Positions 1-12,164 of a DNA stretch of 20,000 nucleotides are shown one piece after another (the first letter of the stretch is position 1; the number at the start of each line of letters is the position of its first letter). The stretch is from Raillietiella orientalis (lineage: Eukaryota), in assembly GCA_036172245.1 (NCBI GenBank), contig JAYWIR010000131.1, positions 59,603 through 79,602 of the forward strand, read 5' to 3'. The position numbers and the translations under genes were made by a program. The notes below the pieces were generated by a model, which did not search any database, was not told the origin of the DNA, and saw only the letters and a program-made list of their open reading frames with translations.

Positions 1-458
1 TTCCCGATGAATTCGGTCGCAATCCTGAGACATGAAAATGGTTGTAATCAATCTACTTCCACTTCCAGCATAGAAATAGAATCTTCAAAGTGCATCAAAA
101 AAATTCCTTTATCTTTTCAATTTCCAATGTGTTGTTTTCCGTCCAAATCTTCGCACTTGCACGTAAACGACCATGGCCGGTTCCCGATGAATTCGGTCGC
201 AATCCCGAGACATGAAAATAGTTGAAATCAATCTACTTCCACTTCCTGCATCGAGATACAATCGTTAAAATGCATGAAGAAAATTCCTCTATCTTTTCTA
301 TTTCCAATGTGGTGTTTTCCGTCCAAATCTCCGCACTTGCACGTAAACGACCATGGCCGGTTCCTGATGAATTCGGTGGCAATCCTGAGGCATGAAAATG
401 GTTGTAATCAATCTACTTCCACTTCCAGCATAGAAATAGAATCTTTAAAGTGCATCAA

Positions 459-3438
459 AAAAATTCCTCTATCTTTTGTATTTCCAATGTGGATTTTTCC
501 GTCCAAATCTCCGAACTTGTACCTAAACGACCATGGCCGGTTCCCGATGATTACGGTCGCAATTCTGAGACATGAAGATGGTTGGAATCAATCCACTTCC
601 ACTTCCTGCATCGAGATACAATCGTTAAAATGCATTCAGAAAATTCCTCTATCTTTTCTATTTCCATTGTGGTGTTTTCCGTCCAAATATCCCCACTTGC
701 ACCTAAACGAACATAACCGGTTCCCGATGAATTCGGTCGCAATCCCGAGACATGAAAATGGTTGTAATCAATCTACTTCCACTTCCTACATCGATATAGA
801 ATCTTCAAAATGCATCACAAAAATTCCTTTATCTTTTCTATTTCCAATGTGGTGTTTTCCGTCCAAATCTCCCCACTTGCACGTAAACGAACATGGCCGG
901 TTCCCGATGAATTCGGTCGCAATCCTGAGACATGAAAATGGTTGTAATCAATCTACTTCCACTGCCAGCATAGAAATAGAATCTTCAAAGTGCATCAAAA
1001 AAATTCCTCTAGCTTTTGTATTTCCAATGTGGATTTTTCCGTCCAAATCTCCGAACTTGTACCTAAACGACCATGGCCGGTTCCCGATGATTACGGTCGA
1101 AATCCTGAGACATGAAGATGGTTGGAATCAATCTACTTCCACTTCCTGCATCGAGATACAATCGTTAAAATGCATTCAGAAAATTCCTCTATCTTTTCTA
1201 TTTCCATTGTCTTGTTTTCCGTCCAAATATCCCCACTTGCACCTAAACGAACATAACCGGTTCCCGATGAATTCGGTCGCAATCCTGAGACATGAAAATG
1301 GTTGTAATCAATCTACTTCCACTTCCTACATCGAGATAGAATCTTCAAAATGCATCAAAAAAATTCGTCTATCTTTTCTATTTCCAATGTAGTGTTTTCC
1401 GTCCAAATCTGCCCACTTGCACTTAAACGAACATGGCCGGTTCCCGATAAATTCGGTCGCAATCCTGAGACATCAAAATGGTTGGAAGCAATGTACTTCC
1501 ACTTCCTACATCCAAATAGAATCCTGTAAGTGCATCCGAAAAATTCCTCTATCTTTTCTATTTCCAATGTGGTGTTTTCCTTCCAAATCTCCGCACTTGC
1601 ACGTAAACGACCATGGCCGGTAACCGATGAATTCGGACGCAATTCTCAGACATGAAAATGGTTGAAATCAATCTACTTCCACTTCCTGCATCGAGATACA
1701 ATCGTTAAAATGCATGAAAAAAATTCCTTCATCTTTTCTATTTCCAATGTGGTGTTTTCCTTCCAAATCTCCGCACTTGCACGTAAACGACCATGCCCTG
1801 TTCCCGATGAATTCGGTCGCAATCCTGAGACATGAAAATGGTTGGAATCAATCTACTTCCACTTCCTGCATCGAGATAGAATCTTCAAAATACATCGCAA
1901 AAATTCCTCTATCTTTTGTATTTCCAATGTGGATTTTTCCGTCCAAATCTCCGAACTTGTACCTAAACGACCATGGCCGGTTCCCGATGATTACGGTCGC
2001 AATTCTGAGACATGAAGATGGTTGGAATCAATCTACTTCCACTTCCTGCATCGAGATACAATCGTTAAAATGCATTCAGAAAATTCCTCTATCTTTTCTA
2101 TTTCCATTGTGGTGTTTTCCGTCCAAATATCCCCACTTGCACCTAAACGAACATAACCGGTTCCCGATGAATTCGGTCGCAATCCCGAGACATGAAAATG
2201 GTTGTAATCAATCTACTTCCACTTCCTACATCGATATAGAATCTTCAAAATGCATCACAAAAATTCCTTTATCTTTTCTATTTCCAATGTGGTGTTTTCC
2301 GTCCAAATCTCCCCACTTGCACGTAAACGAACATGGCCGGTTCCCGATGAATTCGGTCGCAATCCTGAGACATGAAAATGGTTGTAATCAATCTACTTCC
2401 ACTGCCAGCATAGAAATAGAATCTTCAAAGTGCATCAAAAAAATTCCTCTAGCTTTTGTATTTCCAATGTGGATTTTTCCGTCCAAATCTCCGAACTTGT
2501 ACCTAAACGACCATGGCCGGTTCCCGATGATTACGGTCGAAATCCTGAGACATGAAGATGGTTGGAATCAATCTACTTCCACTTCCTGCATCGAGATACA
2601 ATCGTTAAAATGCATTCAGAAAATTCCTCTATCTTTTCTATTTCCATTGTCTTGTTTTCCGTCCAAATATCCCCACTTGCACCTAAACGAACATAACCGG
2701 TTCCCGATGAATTCGGTCGCAATCCTGAGACATGAAAATGGTTGTAATCAATCTACTTCCACTTCCTACATCGAGATAGAATCTTCAAAATGCATCAAAA
2801 AAATTCGTCTATCTTTTCTATTTCCAATGTAGTGTTTTCCGTCCAAATCTGCCCACTTGCACTTAAACGAACATGGCCGGTTCCCGATAAATTCGGTCGC
2901 AATCCTGAGACATCAAAATGGTTGGAAGCAATGTACTTCCACTTCCTACATCCAAATAGAATCCTGTAAGTGCATCCGAAAAATTCCTCTATCTTTTCTA
3001 TTTCCAATGTGGTGTTTTCCTTCCAAATCTCCGCACTTGCACGTAAACGACCATGGCCGGTAACCGATGAATTCGGACGCAATTCTCAGACATGAAAATG
3101 GTTGAAATCAATCTACTTCCACTTCCTGCATCGAGATACAATCGTTAAAATGCATGAAAAAAATTCCTTCATCTTTTCTATTTCCAATGTGGTGTTTTCC
3201 TTCCAAATCTCCGCACTTGCACGTAAACGACCATGCCCTGTTCCCGATGAATTCGGTCGCAATCCTGAGACATGAAAATGGTTGGAATCAATCTACTTCC
3301 ACTTCCTGCATCGAGATAGAATCTTCAAAATACATCGCAAAAATTCCTCTATCTTTTGTATTTCCAATGTGGATTTTTCCGTCCAAATCTCCGAACTTGT
3401 ACCTAAACGACCATGGCCGGTTCCCGATGATTACGGTC
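459..3438. repeat. Higher-order repeat within satellite A: 8-monomer (1440-bp) unit, about 2.07 copies
   Basis: 459-1998 matches 1899-3438 almost exactly; I found one difference by eye, 594 C vs 2034 T. Rare variants are shared, including TAACCGATGAATTCGGACGC (1621/3061), ATTGTCTTG (about 1207/2647) and TACATCGCAA (1891/3331). Confidence 0.95.
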
Positions 3439-6400
3439 ACAATCCTGAGACATGAAGATGGTTGGAATCAATCTACTTCCACTTCCTGCATCGAGATACA
3501 ATCGTTAAAATGCATGCAGAAAATTCCTCTATCTTTTCTATTTCCATTGTGGTGTTTTCCGTCCAAATCTCCGCACTTGCACGTAAACGACCGTGGCCGG
3601 TTCCCGATGAATTCGGTCGCAATCCTGAGACATGAAAAGGGTTGGAATCAATCTACTTCCACTTCCAGCATAGAAATAGAATCTTCAAAGTGCATCAAAA
3701 AAATTCCTTTATCTTTTCAATTTCCAATGTGTTGTTTTCCGTCCAAATCTTCGCACTTGCACGTAAACGACCATGGCCGGTTCCCGATGAATTCGGTCGC
3801 AATCCCGAGACATGAAAATGGTTGAAATCAATCTACTTCCACTTCCTGCATCGAGATACAATCGTTAAAATGCATGAAGAAAATTCCTCTATCTTTTCTA
3901 TTTCCATTGTGGTGTTTTCCGTCCAAATCTGCGCACTTGCACGTAAACGACCATGGCCGGTTCCCTATGAATTCGGTCGCAATCCTGAGACATGAAAATG
4001 GTTGGAATCAATCTACTTCCACTTCCAGCATAGAAACATAATCTTCAAAATGCATCAAAAAAATTCCTCTATCTTTTCTATTTCCAATGTGGTGTTTTCC
4101 GTCCAAATCTCCCCACTTGCACCTAAATGAACATGGCCGGTTCCCGAAAAATTCGGTCGCAATCCTCAGACATGAAAATGGTTGAAATCAATCTATTTCC
4201 ACTTCCTGCATCGAGATAGAATCTTCAAAATGCATCAAAAAAATTCCTTTATCTTTTGTATTTCCAATGTGGATTTTTCCGTCCAAATCTCCGAACTTGT
4301 ATCTAAACGACCATGGCCGGTTGCCGATGATTACGGTCGCAATCCTGAGACATGAAGATGGTTGGAATCAATCTACTTCCACTTCCTGCATCGAGATACA
4401 ATCGTTAAAATGCATTCAGAAAATTCCTCTATCTTTTCTATTTCCATTGTGGTGTTTTCCGTCCAAATCTCCGCACTTGCACGTAAACGACCGAGGCCGG
4501 TTCCCGATGAATTCGGTCGCAATCCCGAGACATGAAAATAGTTGAAATCAATCTACTTCCACTTCCTGCATCGAGATACAATCGTTAAACTGCATGAAGA
4601 AAATTCCTCTATCTTTTCTATATGCAATGTGGTGTTTTCCGTCCAAATCTCCGCACTTGCACGTAAACGACCATGGCCGGTTCCCGATGAATTCGGTGGC
4701 AATCCTGAGGCATGAAAATGGTTGTAATCAATCTACTTCCACTTCCTGCATCGAGATACAATCGTTAAAATGGATGAAAAAAATTCCTCTATCTTTTCTA
4801 TTTCCAATGTGGTGTTTTCCGTCCAAATCTCCGCACTTGCACCTAAACGAACATGGCCGGTTCCCGATTAATTCGGTCGCAATCCTGAGACATGAAAATG
4901 GTTGTAATCAATCTACTTCCACTTCCAGCACAGAAATAGAATCTTCAAAGTGCATCAAAAAAATTCCTTTATCTTTTCAATTTCCAATGTGTTGTTTTCC
5001 GTCCAAATCTTCGCACTTGCACGTAAACGACCATGGCCGGTTCCCGATGAATTCGGTCGCAATCCCGAGACATGAAAATAGTTGAAATCAATCTACTTCC
5101 ACTTCCTGCATCGAGATACAATCGTTAAAATGCATGAAGAAAATTCCTCTATCTTTTCTATATGCAATGTGGTGTTTTCCGTCCAAATCTCCGCACTTGC
5201 ACGTAAACGACCATGGCCGGTTCCCGATGAATTCGGTGGCAATCCTGAGGCATGAAAATGGTTGTAATCAATCTACTTCCACTTCCAGCATAGAAAAAGA
5301 ATCTTTAAAGTGCATCAAAAAAATTCCTCTATCTTTTGTATTTCCAATGTGGATTTTTCCGTCCAAATCTCCGAACTTGTACCAAAACGACCATGGCCGG
5401 TTCCCGATGATTACCGTCGCAATCGTGAGACATGAAGATGGTTGGAATCAATCTACTTCCACTTCCTGCATCGAGATACAATCGTTAAAATGCATGAAAA
5501 AAATTCCTCTATCGTTTCTATTTCCAATGTGGTGTTTTCCTTCCAAATCTCCGCACTTGCACGTAAACGACCATGGCCTGTTCCCGATGAATTCGGTCGC
5601 AATCCTGAGACATGAAAATGGTTGGAATCAATCTACTTCCACTTTCTGCATCGAGATAGAATCTTCAAAGTGCATCGCAAAAATTCCTCTATCTTTTCTA
5701 TTTCCAATGTGGTGTTTTCCGTCCAAATATCCCCACTTGCACCTAAACGAACATAACCGGTTCCCGATGAATTCGGTCGCAATCCTGAGACATGAAAATG
5801 GTTGTAATCAATCTACTTCCACTTCCAGCATAGAAATAGAATCTTCAAAGTGCATCAAAATATTCGTTTATCTTTTCAATTTCCAATGTGTTGTTTTCCG
5901 TCCAAATCTTCGCACTTGCACGTAAACGACCATGGCCGGTTCCCGATGAATTCGGTGGCAATCCTGAGGCATGAAAATGGTTGTAATCAATCTACTTCCA
6001 CTTCCAGCATAAAAATAGAATCTTTAAAGTGCATCAAAAAAATTCCTCTATCTTTTGTATTTCCAATGTGGATTTTTCCGTCCAAATCTCCGAACTTGTA
6101 CCTAAACGACCATGGCCGGTTCCCGATGATTACGGTCGCAATTCTGAGACATGAAGATGGTTGGAATCAATCTACTTCCACTTCCTGCATCGAGATACAA
6201 TCGTTAAAATGCATTCAGAAAATTCCTCTATCTTTTCTATTTCCATTGTGGTGTTTTCCGTCCAAATATCCCCACTTGCACCTAAACGAACATAACCGGT
6301 TCCCGATGAATTCGGTCGCAATCCCGAGACATGAAAATGGTTGTAATCAATCTACTTCCACTTCCTACATCGATATAGAATCTTCAAAATGCATCACAAA

Positions 6401-7812
6401 AATTCCTTTATCTTTTCTATTTCCAATGTGGTGTTTTCCGTCCAAATCTCCCCACTTGCACCTAAACGAACATGGCCGGTTCCCGATAAATTCGGTCGCA
6501 ATCCTGAGACATCAAGATGCTTGGAAGCAATGTACTTCCACTTCCTGCATCCAAATAGAATCCTGTAAGTGCAACCGAAAAATTCCTCTATCTTTTCTAT
6601 TTCCAATGTGGTGTTTTCCGTCCAAATATCCCCACTTGCACCTAAACGAACATAACCGGTTCCCCATGAATTCGGTCGCAATCCTGAGACATGAAAATGG
6701 TTGTAATCAATCTACTTCCACTTCCAGCATAGAAATAGAATCCTCAAAGTGCATCAAGAAAATTCCTCTAGCTTTTGTATTTCAAATGTGGATTTTTCCG
6801 TCCAAATCTCCGAACTTGTACCTAAACGACCATGGCCGGTTCCCGATGAATACGGTCGAAATCCTGAGACATGAAGATGGTTGGAATCAATCTACTTCCA
6901 CTTCCTGCATCGAGATACAATCGTTAAAATGCATTCAGAAAATTCCTCTATCTTTTCTATTTCCATTGTGGTGTTTTCCGTCCAAATCTCCGCACTTGCA
7001 CGTAAACGACCGTGGCCGGTTCCCGATGAATTCGGTCGCAATCCTGAGACATGAAAATGGTTGTAATCAATCTCCTTCCACTTCCAGCATAGAAATAGAA
7101 TCTTCAAAGTGCATCAAAGAAATTCCTTTATCTTTTCAATTTCCAATGTGTTGTTTTCCGTCCAAATCTTCGCACTTCCACCTAAACGAACATGGCCGGT
7201 TCCCGATGAATTCGGTCGCAATCCTTAGACATGAAATTGGATGGAATCAATCTACTTCCACTTCCAGCATAGAAATAGAATCTTCAAAGTGCATCAACAA
7301 AATTCCTCTATCTTTTGTATTTCCAAAGTGGTGTTTTCCGTCCAAATCTCCCCACTTGCACCTAAACGAACATGGCCGGTTCCCGATGAATTCGGTCGCA
7401 ATCATGAGACATGAAAATGTTTGGAATCCATCTACTTTCACTTCCAGCATAGAAATAGAATCTTCAAAATGCATCACAAAAATTCCTCTATCTTTTCTAT
7501 TTCCAATGTGGTGTTTTCCGTCCAAATCTCCCCACTTGCACCTAAACGAACATGGCCGGTTCCCGATGAATTCGGTCGCAATCCTGAGACATGAAGATGG
7601 TTGGAATCAATCTACTCCCACTTCCTGCATCGAGATACAATCGTTAAAATGCATGCAGAAAATTCCTCTATCTTTTCTATTTCCATTGTGGTGTTCTCCG
7701 TCCAAATCTCCGCACTTGCACGTAAACGACCGTGGCCGGTTCCCGATGAATTCGTTCGCAATCCTGAGACATGAAAAGGGTTGTAATCAATCTACTTCCA
7801 CTTCCAGCATAC

Positions 7813-9738
7813 AAATAGAATCTTCAAAGTGCATCAAGAAAATTCCTCTAGCTTTTGTATTTCCAATGTGGATTTTTCCGTCCAAATCTCCGAACTTGTA
7901 CCTAAACGACCATGGCCGGTTCCCGATGATTACGGTCGCAATCCTGAGACATGAAGATGGTTGGAATCAATCTACTTCCACTTCCTGCATCGAGATACAA
8001 TCGTTAAAATGCATGCAGAAAATTCCTCTATCTTTTCTATTTCCATTGTGGTGTTTTCCGTCCAAATCTCCGCACTTGCACGTAAACGACCGTGGCCGGT
8101 TCCCGATGAATTCGGTCGCAATCCTGAGACATGAAAATGGTTGTAATCAATCTACTTCCACTTCCTACATCGAGATAGAATCTTCAAAATGCATCACAAA
8201 AATTCCTTTATCTTTTCTATTTCCAATGTGGTGTTTTCCGTCCAAATCTCCCCACTTGCACGTAAACGAACATGGCCGGTTCCCGATGAATTCGGTCGCA
8301 ATCCTGAGACATGAAAATGGTTGTAATCAATCTACTTCCACTGCCAGCATAGAAATAGAATCTTCAAAGTGCATCAAAAAAATTCCTCTAGCTTTTGTAT
8401 TTCCAATGTGGATTTTTCCGTCTAAATCTCCGAACTTGTACCTAAACGACCATGGCCGGTTCCCGATGATTACGGTCGCAATCCTGAGACATGAAAATGG
8501 TTGGAATCAATCTACTTCCACTTCCTGCATCGAGATAGAATCTTCAAAGTGCATCGCAAAAATTCCTCTATCTTTTCTATTTCCAATGTGGTGTTTTCCG
8601 TCCAAATATCCCCACTTGCACCTAAACGAACATAACCGGTTCCCGATGAATTCGGTCGCAATCCTGAGACATGAAAATGGTTGTAATCAATCTACTTCCA
8701 CTTCCAGCATAGAAATAGAATCTTCAAAGTGCATCAAGAAAATTCCTCTAGCTTTTGTATTTCCAATGTGGATTTTTCCGTCCAAATCTCCGAACTTGTA
8801 CCTAAACGACCATGGCCGGTTCCCGATGATTACGGTCGCAATCCTGAGACATGAAGATGGTTGGAATCAATCTACTTCCACTTCCTGCATCGAGATACAA
8901 TCGTTAAAATGCATGCAGAAAATTCCTCTATCTTTTCTATTTCCATTGTGGTGTTTTCCGTCCAAATCTCCGCACTTGCACGTAAACGACCGTGGCCGGT
9001 TCCCGATGAATTCGGTCGCAATCCTGAGACATGAAAATGGTTGTAATCAATCTACTTCCACTTCCTACATCGAGATAGAATCTTCAAAATGCATCACAAA
9101 AATTCCTTTATCTTTTCTATTTCCAATGTGGTGTTTTCCGTCCAAATCTCCCCACTTGCACGTAAACGAACATGGCCGGTTCCCGATGAATTCGGTCGCA
9201 ATCCTGAGACATGAAAATGGTTGTAATCAATCTACTTCCACTGCCAGCATAGAAATAGAATCTTCAAAGTGCATCAAAAAAATTCCTCTAGCTTTTGTAT
9301 TTCCAATGTGGATTTTTCCGTCCAAATCTCCGAACTTCTGCCTAAACGACCATGGCCGGTTCCCGATGATTACGGTCGCAATCCTGAGACATGAAAATGG
9401 TTGGAATCAATCTACTTCCACTTCCTGCATCGAGATAGAATCTTCAAAGTGCATCGCAAAAATTCCTCTATCTTTTCTATTTCCAATGTGGTGTTTTCCG
9501 TCCAAATATCCCCACTTGCACCTAAACGAACATAACCGGTTCCCGATGAATTCGGTCGCAATCCTGAGACATGAAAATGGTTGTAATCAATCTACTTCCA
9601 CTTCCAGCATAGAAATAGAATCTTCAAAGTGCATCAAGAAAATTCCTCTAGCTTTTGTATTTCCAATGTGGATTTTTCCGTCCAAATCTCCGAACTTGTA
9701 CCTAAACGACCATGGCCGGTTCCCGATGATTACGGTCG
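7813..9738. repeat. Higher-order repeat within satellite A: 5-monomer (900-bp) unit, about 2.1 copies
   Basis: 7813-8838 matches 8713-9738 line for line, except for a few substitutions at about 8423-8440 vs 9323-9340. Shared variants include CTGCCAGC (8341/9241) and GCATCGCAAA (8551/9451). Confidence 0.93.
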
Positions 9739-10359
9739 AAATCCTGAGACATGAAGATGGTTGGAATCAATCTACTTCCACTTTCTGCATCGAGATACAA
9801 TCGTTAAAATGCATTCAGAAAATTCCTCTATTTTTTCTATTTCCATTGTGGTGTTTTCCGTCCAAATATCCCCACTTGCACCTAAACGAACATGACCGGT
9901 TCCCGATGAATTCGGTCGCAATCCTGAGACATGAAAATGGTTGTAATCAATCTACTCCCACTTTCTACATCGAGATAGAATCTTAAAAATGGATCAAAAA
10001 AATTCGTCTATCTTTTCTATTTCCAATGTAGTGTTTTCCGTCCAAATCTGCCCACTTGCACTTAAACGAACATGGCCGGTTCCCGATGATTACGGTCGCA
10101 ATCCTGAGACATGAAGATGGTTGGAATCAATCTACTTCCACTTCCTGCATCGAGATACAATCGTTAAAATGCATGCAGAAAATTCCTCTATCTTTTCTAT
10201 TTCCATTGTGGTGTTTTCCGTCCAAATCTGCCCACTTGCACTTAAACGAACATGGCCGGTTCCCGATGATTACGGTCGCAATCCTGAGACATGAAGATGG
10301 TTGGAATCAATCTACTTCCACTTCCTGCATCGAGATACAATCGTTAAAATGCATGAAAG

Positions 10360-12164
10360 AAATTCCTCTATCTTTTCTATTTCCAATGTGGTGTTTTCCG
10401 TCCAAATCTCCGCACTTGCACCTAAACGACCATGGCCGGTTCCCGATGATTACGGTCGCAATCCTGAGACATGAAGATGGTTGGAATCAATCTACTTCCA
10501 CTTCCTGCATCGAGATACAATCGTTAAAATGCATGCAGAAAATTCCTCTATCTTTTCTATTTCCATTGTGGTGTTTTCCGTCCAAATCTCCGCACTTGCA
10601 CGTAAACGACCGTGGCCGGTTCCCGATGAATTCGGTCGCAATCCTGAGACATGAAAAGGGTTGGAATCAATCTACTTCCACTTCCTACATCGAGATAGAA
10701 TCTTAGAAATGCATCACAAAAATTCCTTTATCTTTTCTATTTCCAATGTGGTGTTTTCCGTCCAAATCTCCCCACTTGCACGTAAACGAACATGGCCGGT
10801 TCCCGATGAATTCGGTCGCAATCCTGAGACATGAAAATGGTTGGAATCAATCTACTTCCACTTCCAGCATAGAAATATAATCTTCAAAATGCATCAAAAA
10901 AATTCCTCTATCTTTTCTATTTCCAATGTGGTGTTTTCCGTCCAAATCTCCGCACTTGCACCAAAACGACCATGGCCGGTTCCCGATGAATTCGGTCGCA
11001 ATCCTGAGACATCAAAATGGTTGGAAGCAATCTACTTCCACTTCCTGCATCCAAATAGAATCTTCAAAGTGCATCCTAAAAATTCCTCTATCTTTTCTAT
11101 TTCCAATGTGGTGTTTTCCGTCCAAATCTCCGCACTTGCACGTAAACGACCATGGCCGCTTCCCGATGAATTCGGTCGCAATCCTGAGACATCAAAATGG
11201 TTGGAAGCAATCTACTTCCACTTCCTGCATCCAAATAGAATCTTCAAAGTGCATCCAAGAAATTCCTCTATCTTTTCTATTTCCAATGTGGTGTTTTCCG
11301 TCCAAATCTCCGCACTTGCACCTAAACGACCATGGCCGGTTCCCGATGAATTCGGTCGCAATCCTGAGACATGAAAATGGTTGGAATCAATCTACTTCCA
11401 CTTCCAGCATAGAGATAGAATCTTCAAAGTGCATCAAAAAAATTCCTCTATCTTTTCTATTTCCAATGTGGTGTTTTCCGTCCAAATCTCCGCACTTGCA
11501 CCTAAACGAACATGGCCGGTTCCCGATGAATTCGGTCGCAATCCTGAGACATCAAAATGGTTGGAAGCAATCTACTTCCACTTCCAGCATCCAAATAGAA
11601 TCCTCTAAGTGCATCCGAAAAATTCCTCTATCTTTTCTATTTCCAATGTGGTGTTTTCCGTCCAAATCTCCGCACTTGCACCTAAACGACCATGGCCGGT
11701 TCCCGATGATTACGGTCGCAATCCTGAGACATGAAGATGGTTGGAATCAATCTACTTCCACTTCCTGCATCGAGATACAATCGTTAAAATGCATGCAGAA
11801 AATTCCTCTATCTTTTCTATTTCCATTGTGGTGTTTTCCGTCCAAATCTCCGCACTTGCACGTAAACGACCGTGGCCGGTTCCCGATGAATTCGGTCGCA
11901 ATCCTGAGACATGAAAAGGGTTGGAATCAATGTACTTCCACTTCCTACATCGAGATAGAATCTAAAAATGCATCACAAAAATTCCTTTATCTTTTCTATT
12001 TCCAATGTGGTGTTTTCCGTCCAAATCTCCCCACTTGCACGTAAACGAACATGGCCGGTTCCCGATGAATTCGGTCGCAATCCTGAGACATGAAAATGGT
12101 TGAAATCAATCTACTTCCACTTCCAGCATAGAAACATAATCTTCAAAATGCATCAAAAAAATTC
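10360..12164. repeat. Partial duplication in satellite A at a 7-monomer (1260-bp) offset
   Basis: About 10360-10905 matches about 11620-12164, with shared variants GAAAAGGGTTGG, a disrupted TCTTCAAAA motif and (T/C)ATAATCTTC. Only about 3 monomers match. Confidence 0.75.

Noticed and set aside
361..420. Hammerhead ribozyme or retrozyme (CTGATGA ... GAAA)
   Set aside because: CTGATGA occurs in only one variant monomer; the consensus is CCGATGA. Stems I and II cannot be formed convincingly. Array B has only CTGAGGC/CTGATGC on the minus strand, and the minus-strand CTGATGA at 19403-19409 lacks a proper stem II-GAAA. An Infernal/RNAMotif search would be definitive.
5850..9986. 1378-aa ORF as a real tandem-repeat protein gene
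   Set aside because: It lies wholly inside a satellite whose other copies carry stops. Its start is created by a 1-bp deletion, it has no unique N- or C-terminal domain, and variation among units is mostly non-synonymous.
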